A stretch of 40,786 nt of DNA, taken from assembly GCA_024400775.1 (NCBI GenBank), contig JAKSMF010000003.1:1-40786 (forward strand), read 5' to 3'. This DNA comes from Bacteroidales bacterium (GTDB taxonomy: Bacteria > Bacteroidota > Bacteroidia > Bacteroidales > WCHB1-69). Below are positions 8,015 through 17,257 of this stretch, in pieces; position 1 is the stretch's first letter; the number at the start of each line of letters is the position of its first letter. A program made the position numbers and the translations under genes. The notes under the pieces are model-generated. The model ran no database searches, was not told the DNA's origin, and was given only the letters and a program-made list of their open reading frames with translations.

Positions 8015-9370
8015 ATGAAACGCTTCCTTGTCGCTTTATTGCTCTTCGCCATCAACGCCACACTTTCCGCACAAAATCACGGTGATAGTGTAATCTATAA
8101 GAGAGATTTCAGGAAACTGACTTTTTATGCCGACGGCACATATAAATATGTGCGTTATCCGTGCGACATCTGCCCACAACTAACTCCTGGGGATGTCGAA
8201 AGCTTCGGTACCTATTACAAGGTTGACAAAAGTTATTACCTTTTCTCTGACAAATCACTAAAATCCTCATACTCAAATCTATATGCCCGCGAGTCAGTTC
8301 TTGACAACGACAGTATCACTTTCCATTTCCAACTTCCTCGCCCCAACGAAAAGACCGACTACGGCAATTGGCTGTTTTTCCAAGTCACACTCTTTTTAAA
8401 GCCGGAGAACCAAGACTGGTATTTTTCAACTCGCTGGAAAAACACCAAAGTATATTACACCGACGATGTCACGTTGACCATTCCGAAGCCAGATCAGGAG
8501 ATTGAGAATTATACCGTCAACGTATTTTCAGCTAACTGCGAAGCATCAATCCCGCAACTCTCACTTGACTATGAAATCGACAATCCCGATGCCAACGTAT
8601 TCGATATCTCACTGCCGATGGCCACGCCCGAATTCTTCATCTATACGCGCTATTATGGCGAGCCCGTGACTATATTGGATGACGATGCCGTATTGTTTGG
8701 CGACCACGTATTATTGCGTTGGGGCGCCTTTGACGACATTTTTTATTCTCCATACAGTGGTGTGCCCAAGAAGTACCACAAATATGTACTAGGAAGTGTA
8801 GAGGCCTTTCATAAACATGGGCAAGAAAACAAAATTGGATATCCATTAGAGTGGGAAAAGGATATATCGATTTGTGGATTTCGCTATTCGGCAAATGCTC
8901 TGTTTGATGCGGTCCTCCCCTATTCTCCCAATAATTTTTGGGATGAAAAACAATACGAAGATGCCGGTTTCGACTGCGACAGTTGCCAGCGCGCATTCAT
9001 TGACACGCTTTGTCAACGATACATTCAACTGCCCGCTAATGCCTTCTATTTATTTATCTTAGACAAGATTTGTCAGCAGGCGGACGGCTGGATGGGCGAA
9101 TATATGATATGGGAAACAGTAAAAATTTTCCACGCTGTTCCCCAATATTTCTGCCAATATCTCTTTGACAATCGCAACAACGATGATGAAAACGGCAATC
9201 ATCGGTGGGGAATAGACGATTATCTATTGTGGTGGCTTTCCAGTTGTGCCGCCCAAGAGCCATCGGTTAAATCCTTTCAGAATGCTTTACGGGAATCCAT
9301 CAAAATTGCCGTTACAGACAAAGAAGTGCAAGAATACATTTCGAAAGCGATTATTGATAAGATAGAGTAA
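8015..9370 (+). CDS. Secreted hypothetical protein (451 aa)
   Basis: Start reassigned to ATG 8015 (MKRFLVALLLFAINATLSAQ, signal peptide I). No family recognised; two CxxC motifs. Confidence 0.75.
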   Translation: MKRFLVALLLFAINATLSAQNHGDSVIYKRDFRKLTFYADGTYKYVRYPCDICPQLTPGDVESFGTYYKVDKSYYLFSDKSLKSSYSNLYARESVLDNDSITFHFQLPRPNEKTDYGNWLFFQVTLFLKPENQDWYFSTRWKNTKVYYTDDVTLTIPKPDQEIENYTVNVFSANCEASIPQLSLDYEIDNPDANVFDISLPMATPEFFIYTRYYGEPVTILDDDAVLFGDHVLLRWGAFDDIFYSPYSGVPKKYHKYVLGSVEAFHKHGQENKIGYPLEWEKDISICGFRYSANALFDAVLPYSPNNFWDEKQYEDAGFDCDSCQRAFIDTLCQRYIQLPANAFYLFILDKICQQADGWMGEYMIWETVKIFHAVPQYFCQYLFDNRNNDDENGNHRWGIDDYLLWWLSSCAAQEPSVKSFQNALRESIKIAVTDKEVQEYISKAIIDKIE

Positions 9371-9390
9371 AGGGAATTGAAAATTTATCG

Positions 9391-9398
9391 TACCTTTG
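9391..9398 (+). promoter_or_regulatory. -7 box (TACCTTTG) for the helicase gene
   Basis: TACCTTTGCG about 20 nt upstream of the start. Confidence 0.65.
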
Positions 9399-9417
9399 CG
9401 CCTGATTATTTACTGTG

Positions 9418-11604
9418 ATGACATCTATCTACGATATTGCTAACGACTTCAGTGAGAATACTTCACGCGCTATCTTTCTGACTGGCAAAGCGGGAACGGG
9501 AAAGACCACCTTTTTAAAGAACCTCCGTTTGCACACCCGCAAACAGATGGCCGTGGTCGCCCCTACCGGCGTCGCCGCCATCAATGCCGGTGGCGTCACC
9601 ATGCACTCCTTCTTCCAACTGCCATTCACACCGTTCGTGCCTACCGATGAAGGACGCCGCAACTTGTTGGGCAAAATCAAAATGACCAACATCCGCCGGA
9701 AGGTAATGCAACAACTTGAAATACTGGTAATTGACGAAATCAGCATGGTGCGCGCCGACATACTTGACGCCATCGACACCATCCTGCGACACTTCCGCTT
9801 CCGTCGCAATGAACCCTTCGGCGGAGTGCAAGTCATCTACATCGGCGACCTCTACCAACTTCCGCCCGTCGCCGTCAATGAAGAGTGGGAACTGCTACAA
9901 AACTACTACCGAACCCCTTTCTTCTTCGATAGTTATGTAGTTCAACAACAACCACCTACCTACATTGAGCTCGACAAGATTTTCCGCCAACAAAATGCCG
10001 ATTTCGTGCAACTTCTGAACGAAGTCCGCAACGACAAACTTACCGAAAAAGGATTGGAACTGCTGAAAAGTCGCTACAAACCCAACTTCCAACTCTCCAG
10101 ACATCCCGACTACATCTTTCTGACCACACACAACGCCAACGCCAACCACATCAACTTGGAAGAGATGCGCCGCCTCAAAGCCAAGAAATTCCATTTCGAA
10201 GCAGTCATCGACGGCGACTTCCCAGAAAAAAACTATCCCAACGACCCGGTTTTGGAATTGAAACTGGGAGCCAAAGTGATGTTCATCGCCAACGACAACC
10301 ACCAACCACGCCGGTACTTCAATGGTAAAATCGGGACTGTCTGGGAAGTCGATAACAAGCACATAAAAGTCATCTGCGATGGCGAAGACGACGCTATCGA
10401 CGTGGCTTACGAAACCTGGGAAAACATCCGCTACAACGTCAATCGCAGCTCCGGACTTATTGAAGAACAGACACTTGGCACTTATACACAATACCCTCTG
10501 CGACTCGCTTGGGCCATCACCATACACAAAAGCCAAGGCCTCACTTTCGACAAAGCCATTATTGATGCTGAATGGGCTTTTTCTTCGGGGCAAGTGTACG
10601 TGGCACTAAGCCGTTGCCGCTCGCTCGAAGGCCTTGTACTCACCAGCGGCATCCGCCGAGAAAGTCTTTATGTGGATTCTTCCGTCGTCAACTACGCACA
10701 ACAAAAACTGCCTACCGAACAACTGAACGAACAACTGAAACAGGCACGCGCCGAATATGACGAACAAATCCTGCGCAGCATCTATGACTTCAAATTCGCC
10801 GACGGACAGTGCGGACAGCTATTGGCGCACGTCAATCGCCACAACGACAAACTCAACCTCGAAGGCATGGACCACGCCGCCGACCTGCGCCGAGACATCG
10901 CCGCCCTCAAAAAAGTGGGCGACACCTTCCAAATCCAAATCCACGAACTATATGCCAACCACAGCGACAAACTGGAAGAACGACTGAAGGCAGCGGCCAC
11001 CTATTTCAAAAAAGAACTGGGAGACATCATCTACAACTGCACACACTCCCCCGCCGAAATCCGCGACGAAGATGTCGCCAAAGACTACAAAGAAATGCTC
11101 AAAACGCTCTTCAGCGAACTCTCACTAAAAAAGCACCTCGTCACCGGAATCGTAAAAGACTATACCACAGAAGGTTATTACCGATTACGCGATAATTTCA
11201 GACTCCCATCATTCTCATTTTCCACCATCGACATTTTTTCAAAAATAAAAGAAAAGATAAAGAAGGAAAGCAAAAAGAAGAAAGAGAAGAAGTCAAAAAT
11301 CGAAAACACACCCTCATACATTATTTCGGGTGACATGTTCAAAGAAGGTAAAAACATCGCCGAAATCGCACAACAACGCAACTACGCCGTCTCAACCATC
11401 GAAGGTCATATTCTCAGATGCATCAACGAAAACCTGCTAAACGCCAACGACATCCTTGATGCGGACATCATCAGCGGGATACGCAAACTCAACTCCGAAG
11501 GACTTTCGACCACGGAAATCTTCGCCGAACTCGAAGGCAATATTTCCTACGGCGAAATCCGCATCGCCCTCGCCGGCATTCCTCGGCCCGAAAAAGATTC
11601 CTAA
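9418..11604 (+). CDS. PIF1/RecD-like SF1B helicase with C-terminal helix-turn-helix
   Basis: TGKAGTGKTT, APTGVAA, IDEISM, GDLYQLPPV, FRQ, PLRLAWAITIHKSQGLTFD and GQVYVALSRC. C-terminal IAEIAQQRNYAVSTIEGHI is HTH-like. Start is ATG 9418 or GTG 9415. Confidence 0.92.
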   Translation: MTSIYDIANDFSENTSRAIFLTGKAGTGKTTFLKNLRLHTRKQMAVVAPTGVAAINAGGVTMHSFFQLPFTPFVPTDEGRRNLLGKIKMTNIRRKVMQQLEILVIDEISMVRADILDAIDTILRHFRFRRNEPFGGVQVIYIGDLYQLPPVAVNEEWELLQNYYRTPFFFDSYVVQQQPPTYIELDKIFRQQNADFVQLLNEVRNDKLTEKGLELLKSRYKPNFQLSRHPDYIFLTTHNANANHINLEEMRRLKAKKFHFEAVIDGDFPEKNYPNDPVLELKLGAKVMFIANDNHQPRRYFNGKIGTVWEVDNKHIKVICDGEDDAIDVAYETWENIRYNVNRSSGLIEEQTLGTYTQYPLRLAWAITIHKSQGLTFDKAIIDAEWAFSSGQVYVALSRCRSLEGLVLTSGIRRESLYVDSSVVNYAQQKLPTEQLNEQLKQARAEYDEQILRSIYDFKFADGQCGQLLAHVNRHNDKLNLEGMDHAADLRRDIAALKKVGDTFQIQIHELYANHSDKLEERLKAAATYFKKELGDIIYNCTHSPAEIRDEDVAKDYKEMLKTLFSELSLKKHLVTGIVKDYTTEGYYRLRDNFRLPSFSFSTIDIFSKIKEKIKKESKKKKEKKSKIENTPSYIISGDMFKEGKNIAEIAQQRNYAVSTIEGHILRCINENLLNANDILDADIISGIRKLNSEGLSTTEIFAELEGNISYGEIRIALAGIPRPEKDS

Positions 11605-11610
11605 TACACG

Positions 11611-11663
11611 TCCCTTCTCCCAGCCTCCTCATCCTCCCTTCTGCCAACTATTCACTTCTAACT
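11611..11663 (+). repeat. Degenerate period-7 pyrimidine-rich tract
   Basis: ctccctt-ctgccaa-ctattca-cttctaa-ct has CT recurring every 7 nt, immediately after the helicase stop. Confidence 0.45.
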
Positions 11664-11693
11664 TTTTTGTCACCGTAGTTTACAAGATTTTTG

Positions 11694-11701
11694 TATCTTT
11701 G
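11694..11701 (+). promoter_or_regulatory. -7 box (TATCTTTG) for kamA
   Basis: TATCTTTGCA about 45 nt upstream of ATG 11747. Confidence 0.7.
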
Positions 11702-11746
11702 CAACCGCAATTAATGCGCAAAAATAATTTATAAAATATTAATATA

Positions 11747-12988
11747 ATGGCAAGTAGAAGAAAAGAACTCTTTCCGAACGTTACCGATGAGCAATGGAAC
11801 GATTGGAAATGGCAAGTAAAAAACAGAATTGAAAATCTGGACCAGCTGAAACAGTATGTGACTTTGACACCGGAAGAAGCTGAAGGCGTTAGCAAAACCC
11901 TCCAGACCCTCCGTATGGCCATCACTCCTTACTATTTGAGCTTGATTGACCCCAACGATCCGTATTGTCCGATCCGCCGCCAGGCCATCCCCACCGCTGC
12001 TGAAGTCCATCAGTCGGCCGCCGACCTGCTCGACCCGCTCCACGAAGACGAAGATTCTCCGGTTCCCGGCCTCACCCATCGTTACCCGGACCGCGTCCTC
12101 CTGCTCATCACCGACCAGTGCTCTATGTACTGCCGCCACTGCACTCGCCGCCGCTTCGCCGGTCAACACGACTGCGAAATGCCCGGCGAACGCATTCAGA
12201 AAGCAATCGACTACATCGCCCGCACTCCGCAAGTCCGCGACGTGCTCCTCTCCGGCGGCGACGCCCTCATGGTCAGCGATGAAACCCTGGAATCCATCAT
12301 CCAGCGCCTCCGCGCCATCCCTCACGTCGAAATCATCCGCCTCGGCACCCGCACGCCCGTTGTTTGCCCGCAGCGTATCACCGACAACCTCTGCAATATG
12401 CTCAAAAAATACCATCCGATTTGGGTCAACACGCACTTCAACCACCCGAACGAAATCACTCCCGAATCCACCGAAGCCTGCGCCAAACTCGCCAACGCCG
12501 GTATTCCGCTCGGCAACCAGTCTGTACTCCTCCGCGGCGTTAACGACTGCGTCCACGTTATGAAGACTTTGGTTCAGGGACTGGTAAAAATCCGCGTTCG
12601 TCCCTACTACATCTACCAGTGCGACCTCTCCATGGGCCTCGAACACTTCCGCACTCCTGTTTCCAAAGGTATAGAAATCATCGAAAACCTCCGCGGTCAT
12701 ACCTCCGGTTACGCCGTTCCCACCTTCGTAGTTGACGCTCCCGGCGGCGGCGGCAAAACACCCGTTATGCCCAACTACGTCATCTCTCAAAGCCCCAACA
12801 AGGTCATCCTCAGAAACTTCGAAGGCGTTATCACTACCTATACCGAACCGACCGACTACAAAGAAGAATGCCACTGCGAAAAATGTAAGCAGAACCCGCA
12901 CGCTGAAGGCGTTGCCTCTCTGCTCCGAGGCGAACACCTCTCTCTCGAACCGCAAGACCTCGAACGCAAAAAACGTCATACGAAATAA
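11747..12988 (+). CDS. kamA: L-lysine 2,3-aminomutase (radical SAM, PLP)
   Basis: WNDWKWQ, THRYPDR, CSMYCRHC (CxxxCxxC), YQCDLS and VVDAPGGGGK (substrate Asp residues and PLP Lys), and C-terminal ECHCEKC zinc site. Colinear with clostridial KamA; 413 aa. Confidence 0.96.
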   Translation: MASRRKELFPNVTDEQWNDWKWQVKNRIENLDQLKQYVTLTPEEAEGVSKTLQTLRMAITPYYLSLIDPNDPYCPIRRQAIPTAAEVHQSAADLLDPLHEDEDSPVPGLTHRYPDRVLLLITDQCSMYCRHCTRRRFAGQHDCEMPGERIQKAIDYIARTPQVRDVLLSGGDALMVSDETLESIIQRLRAIPHVEIIRLGTRTPVVCPQRITDNLCNMLKKYHPIWVNTHFNHPNEITPESTEACAKLANAGIPLGNQSVLLRGVNDCVHVMKTLVQGLVKIRVRPYYIYQCDLSMGLEHFRTPVSKGIEIIENLRGHTSGYAVPTFVVDAPGGGGKTPVMPNYVISQSPNKVILRNFEGVITTYTEPTDYKEECHCEKCKQNPHAEGVASLLRGEHLSLEPQDLERKKRHTK

Positions 12989-13010
12989 GTTTTTCTCTTT
13001 TTTCATACTC

Positions 13011-13040
13011 AGAGGCACTTTGAAAAGTGCCTCTTTTTTT
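13011..13040 (+). terminator. Rho-independent terminator after kamA
   Basis: AGAGGCACTT-tgaa-AAGTGCCTCT followed by a T run. Confidence 0.88.
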
Positions 13041-13126
13041 ATCTTTGATGCTAAGAACCACACAATCAGAACCTTACAACTCTATATAAAATTTCCGACC
13101 TATAGTGCAATTTCAAAAAATTATAG

Positions 13127-13134
13127 TATATTTG
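13127..13134 (+). promoter_or_regulatory. -7 box (TATATTTG) for the tRNA
   Basis: TATATTTGCA 11 nt upstream of the tRNA 5' end. Confidence 0.7.
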
Positions 13135-13145
13135 CAACCTCAAAT

Positions 13146-13220
13146 GGGACGTTAGCCCAGTTGGTTTAGAGCGCTGCCTTCACACGGCAGAGGTCACTGG
13201 TTCAAATCCAGTACGCCCCA
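13146..13220 (+). tRNA. tRNA-Val (anticodon CAC)
   Basis: Cloverleaf: acceptor GGGACGT/ACGCCCC plus discriminator A; D arm GCCC-AGTTGGTTTA-GAGC; anticodon arm CTGCC-TTCACAC-GGCAG; T arm ACTGG-TTCAAAT-CCAGT. CCA is not encoded. Confidence 0.93.
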
Positions 13221-13221
13221 C

Positions 13222-13258
13222 AAAAGCACTTGTAGTTTCTACAGGTGCTTTTCTTTTT
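13222..13258 (+). terminator. Terminator after tRNA-Val
   Basis: AAAAGCACTTGTAG-ttt-CTACAGGTGCTTTT followed by CTTTTT. Confidence 0.85.
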
Positions 13259-13547
13259 ACCCCATTTTCATAACCGTCCCATCAACTTTCGTGGGTCTCC
13301 GTCCAAACTTACCACCTTACGGCTTTCCTCCTTGCAATGGGTTGTTTTCAATGCAATCACGACAATGTTCTGACACAGCTTGCTCAGGGTGGCCCGGCGG
13401 CGGGGGATTCGACCATGTCACACCTTAGAGACAGAATTTCCCATCTCTACTCCGTCTAATGAAAACATCTCGCCCCACCGCAGCCAGCTCGTATTCAGCT
13501 ACAGCCATGAAACACAATTACACGAAAGAACAATGACAGTCAACCAC

Positions 13548-13580
13548 AAAAAAAAGCGACAGTGTCACCACTGTCGCTTT
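13548..13580 (-). terminator. Terminator of the porP-gldKLMN operon
   Basis: AAAGCGACAGTG-tcac-CACTGTCGCTTT with an A8 run on the left (U run on -), 26 nt past the gldN stop. Confidence 0.85.
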
Positions 13581-13606
13581 CGTTATGAAAAAAATTGTGT
13601 TCTTGA

Positions 13607-14557
13607 TTAAAATTCCCAGAGGTCGTGTTCGAAGGTACGAATCTTTTCGGTGATACGTTCTGATTCAATACGCTGGTCACGAGCATTGGCGATATATTCG
13701 TCAATCTGGCGGTTGTTATAGACGTTCTGTTCTTGATAGATGAAGCTGGAAAATTCGCGTTTCCAAGTCAGTACATCATCCAATGACAAACGCTGAGCGT
13801 TGTTTTTCGGATTGTACATCTCCTGCTTTACGAGGTACGGTCTTAACTCAGCATACATAATGTAACCAAGACGTTTCCAAGCTTTAACAGACTGCACTTC
13901 TTCCTCATCAGCTTCCTGACCAGGCATTGGCGGACCACCGCCACCGACTTCGCGTTCAACCTGAATCATCGGTTCCATTTCAAGAATACGCACTTCCAAT
14001 ACGGAACGCTTCTTGTCGAAGAACCAAATCTCCTTAACGCGATACATCAGGATCTGTTTGGCTTCATATTTTTCGTAAATCTCTTTCTGCCCGACCACTT
14101 CGAAAGTTTCCATATCAATGGAGTCAATGGTATGGGTCTCAGACAAAGAGGCACGTACACCTTCACGACTGGTGTACATCGTGCAGAACTCGTCGGTATA
14201 AACCGGCAGGACTTCTGCTTCGGTCTTTTCCGGGTGATCGATGTCGATGGCATCGAAAATCACCTGGCCCAAACTACGCCATGTTCCCTTGGTTTCCTGC
14301 GGGAAATAAAGCGGATGGTTCATCTTCTCACGAAGATCGATGGTTCTCCAAATGGTGTGGTAATACATCACATCAGCATTACGCTGATATACGTACGGAA
14401 CATTTTGTGAGAACTCACCCACCTCGGTTTGCTCCCATGAGTATTCGAGGGGTTTGCGTACCGGCTGGTTCATCGTGCTACCCGTGGAGTCAACCTCCTG
14501 GGCCACGCAAACCGCGGCAAGGCAAAAGGCCAATACTGATACGACAATTTTTTTCAT
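13607..14557 (-). CDS. gldN: T9SS/gliding motility protein GldN (PorN)
   Basis: Signal peptide, ADVMY..IWRTIDLREKMNHPLYFP, YRVKEIWFFDKKRS and C-terminal FEHDLWEF; follows gldM. Confidence 0.93.
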   Translation of the reverse strand: MKKIVVSVLAFCLAAVCVAQEVDSTGSTMNQPVRKPLEYSWEQTEVGEFSQNVPYVYQRNADVMYYHTIWRTIDLREKMNHPLYFPQETKGTWRSLGQVIFDAIDIDHPEKTEAEVLPVYTDEFCTMYTSREGVRASLSETHTIDSIDMETFEVVGQKEIYEKYEAKQILMYRVKEIWFFDKKRSVLEVRILEMEPMIQVEREVGGGGPPMPGQEADEEEVQSVKAWKRLGYIMYAELRPYLVKQEMYNPKNNAQRLSLDDVLTWKREFSSFIYQEQNVYNNRQIDEYIANARDQRIESERITEKIRTFEHDLWEF

Positions 14558-14576
14558 AACTTTGATATTTTAAATG

Positions 14577-16238
14577 TTATTTGATACGAACCGTGATATC
14601 ACGCGGCATCGTTCTGGTACCCAATTCAGGTTGTGAAATCTTGATGTTGGAGAACATGAAGACCGTACCTGCGGATGCTCCGTTGATTTTGTCTCTCAAC
14701 TGCTGTGAGAAAGCAGAACCTGAACAGTTGATGGTAGTGATAATACCCTTTTCGATAACATCAACACTGTATGACTGAACCGTCCATTTGAGGTCGAAAG
14801 CGAAGTCTTCGCTCATCTTGGCAATCAACATCGGGTTGGCAGCCAATTCGGCTTTAGATTTTTTACCACCGAAGATGTTAGCACCAATCTGTGCATACGG
14901 ATCCGGAACTTTCTTTACACGGAAGGTCATTTTTGCGCTACCTTCGGAAGTGGTTACAGTAGCTTCAACGGTTCTACCGATCATGCTGGTCGGAGGGATA
15001 ACGTTTCTGCTTGCGCCACTACCTTGAACCTGACAGCCCGGGAAGCTGACGGTCAGCTTGCTGGCATCGCTACCACCGGCTGCGGTAACGGGATTCTTGA
15101 TACCTGCATAAAGAACGTTCATCTTATCTGCAGAAATCGTAGCACCACCCTTCGGAACAACAACGTATTCATCTTTGAAATGATAACGTTCTGCCTTTCC
15201 GGTATTCGGGTTGATAACCTTAACATAACCAGCGATCTTGTGGGTACCCACACCACCACCGGCGATTTCTACCGGAACACCAGTAGCAGGACCGGATTCG
15301 TGAATTGCGCTACCTTCTTCAGCTTCGCTCAAAGAATCAACACCTACTTTGTAGTAAACATCCAACTGCATAGCGGGGTCGAAAGCGGCTACGATAACTG
15401 TTGATTTGTAGCTATCACCTGAGAATAACACTTTGGATTCAGCGATGGAGTGACCAGCGTATTCAGCGAAGGAGAGGTTGGCAGAACCAGCTCTGGAAAT
15501 AATGTAGTTCAATACCACAGCTTCGGCGGACTTCACTTCACTCACCATCTTGCTTAACAAGATAACGGTACCAGCAGTAATCAAATGGTCAAAGTTGTAA
15601 ATTTCCCAACGTACAGGACCGTCTTTAGTCTGGTGGTCATTTGTATTCAAGCTGGCAAGCTGAGCTTCGACGCTCTTATCAACGATACCTTGATCGTTGG
15701 TATAGAACTTCTTCAAACCTTTCTTGTAATCATTGATTTTCTTTTTCAGCACTTGAGCCGGGCAGTTGGCATCATGACCTTCATTGGTACCCAGCATAAA
15801 ATGCGTCGGTTTGTCAAAGTTATCCTTAGCTTCGATTTTGTCAACCGGAACACAAGGGACTTCCCCGTGTTTAGCGTTCTTTTGAGCTTCAACAACCGCA
15901 GAAGCATTTTCGCCATCAACATCCTTGGTCAAATCCCAACGAAGAGTTTCGATGTATTTAACCATTTCATCGGTGGATTTACGCAACTCTTTGGCTTTGC
16001 CCTGGGCTTCTTCGATAGCGGCAGTCAATTCGTCACCACTAACGGTGAGCAAGTTTTCATAACGGTCATCAAGAGCCGTTTTGACGTTCTTATTAGATTG
16101 AATCAACGTATCGTCAACGACGTTGAATGCGTCGAGGATGTCCTTGGCGACGTTCAATGCAAGCATTGCCGTCAACACCAAGTACATCATGCCAATCATC
16201 TGTTGACGTGGTGTTTCTGGACAGTTTTTTGCACCCAT
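14577..16238 (-). CDS. gldM: T9SS/gliding motor protein GldM (PorM)
   Basis: ETPRQQMIGMMYLVLTAMLALNV N-terminal TM signature, ATISADKMNVLYAGIKNP and FRVKKVPDP. Confidence 0.96.
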   Translation of the reverse strand: MGAKNCPETPRQQMIGMMYLVLTAMLALNVAKDILDAFNVVDDTLIQSNKNVKTALDDRYENLLTVSGDELTAAIEEAQGKAKELRKSTDEMVKYIETLRWDLTKDVDGENASAVVEAQKNAKHGEVPCVPVDKIEAKDNFDKPTHFMLGTNEGHDANCPAQVLKKKINDYKKGLKKFYTNDQGIVDKSVEAQLASLNTNDHQTKDGPVRWEIYNFDHLITAGTVILLSKMVSEVKSAEAVVLNYIISRAGSANLSFAEYAGHSIAESKVLFSGDSYKSTVIVAAFDPAMQLDVYYKVGVDSLSEAEEGSAIHESGPATGVPVEIAGGGVGTHKIAGYVKVINPNTGKAERYHFKDEYVVVPKGGATISADKMNVLYAGIKNPVTAAGGSDASKLTVSFPGCQVQGSGASRNVIPPTSMIGRTVEATVTTSEGSAKMTFRVKKVPDPYAQIGANIFGGKKSKAELAANPMLIAKMSEDFAFDLKWTVQSYSVDVIEKGIITTINCSGSAFSQQLRDKINGASAGTVFMFSNIKISQPELGTRTMPRDITVRIK

Positions 16239-16287
16239 TTTATTACAATTATTAAATTAAAAATTCCGTGAATAACTGCAATAATCC

Positions 16288-17190
16288 TTATTTCTGGATG
16301 CTCATGGCTGCTACCATCTGACCATAAACGTTGCTCAAGCGAGATACGTTCTTGGTGAGCTTGTCGATTTCTTCCTTATAGGTCTTGGTGTTGGCCAGAG
16401 AATCATTCAAATTCTGAGCATATGTGTTGATGTTCTGTTCAACCAGCTTGTAGTTTTCAAGCATATCCTTAGAATTCTTCATCTGGAGTTCGTACATGGA
16501 GTTGAGAGAACCAAGGTTCTGGTTCAATTTCTTCAACTGATCATTGTAAGCACCGGTATCACCCTGGATGGATTTGCTGGTGTTTTCATAGATAGATGCC
16601 AAGTTAGCAACAGCTGCAGAAGCTTTCTGAACATTGGTCAGATATTCGCCAGAGATGTTGGAATCCTTCTGCAAAGAAGCAGCGGTCTTGTCATATTGAA
16701 GAGTAAGATTGCGAACTGATTCAGCCGCCTTGGTCATGTTAGCTGCGTATGCGTCAGTAACGGTAGCGGCATCAGAGATACCAGAAAGTTTTTTAGCATT
16801 GTCTGCCAAATTGCGCATACCGGTAGCAAGACTTTCAATCAATTCCGGACCAACTTTGGCTTCGGTGAGCATCTTGTCAAGCTGCTGAGTAGGAGTACCG
16901 CTCGGAACACCTTTTTTAGCTTTACCAGAGGTGGGAATTTCAACATCGTCACCAGCGGCCAATTCAGGATAAACCAATGCCCAGTTGTACTCAACGTGCA
17001 AGGGTTCGAAAGCTGACATAAAGAAGATCAAAGCTTCTGTACCCATACCAGCGATCAACATAGGAGCAGCGCCCGGGAAGTGCATAATCTTAAACAGAGC
17101 ACCCAAGATAACGACTGATGCGCCCCATCCGTACAACTTGGCCATAAAGTTCTTATAGCCCTTACTTCTTACTAATTTGTCTAAACCCAT
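16288..17190 (-). CDS. gldL: T9SS/gliding motor protein GldL (PorL)
   Basis: YGWGASVVILGALFKIMH...GMGTEALIFFMSAFEP...WALVYPEL, a coiled-coil cytoplasmic domain, and C-terminal LSNVYGQMVAAM. Confidence 0.96.
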   Translation of the reverse strand: MGLDKLVRSKGYKNFMAKLYGWGASVVILGALFKIMHFPGAAPMLIAGMGTEALIFFMSAFEPLHVEYNWALVYPELAAGDDVEIPTSGKAKKGVPSGTPTQQLDKMLTEAKVGPELIESLATGMRNLADNAKKLSGISDAATVTDAYAANMTKAAESVRNLTLQYDKTAASLQKDSNISGEYLTNVQKASAAVANLASIYENTSKSIQGDTGAYNDQLKKLNQNLGSLNSMYELQMKNSKDMLENYKLVEQNINTYAQNLNDSLANTKTYKEEIDKLTKNVSRLSNVYGQMVAAMSIQK

Positions 17191-17257
17191 AGTAATAAAA
17201 TTTAAGTGGTTAATGATTTGGTTTGTTATGTAATTCTATTTATTTTTATACTATATA

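Noticed and set aside
9418-11604. Helicase as part of an anti-phage or mobile system
   Set aside because: A stand-alone PIF1-like helicase-HTH with its own promoter and no nuclease, methylase or mobility partner nearby.
11747-12988. EpmB (EF-P beta-lysylation) or glutamate 2,3-aminomutase assignment
   Set aside because: Length, the C-terminal CxCxxC zinc site and both Asp substrate motifs fit classical KamA; no efp or epmA nearby.
11729-13063. 444-aa ORF antisense to kamA, and similar long antisense ORFs over buk, ftsY, tig, clpP and gldM
   Set aside because: Shadow frames produced by the codon bias of well-identified genes on the opposite strand; no recognisable motifs.
13146-13610. Genomic island integrated at tRNA-Val, and the 76-aa ORF at 13380-13610
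   Set aside because: No integrase and no duplicated tRNA 3' end was noticed. The ORF starts at TTG, runs through a terminator and has no motif.
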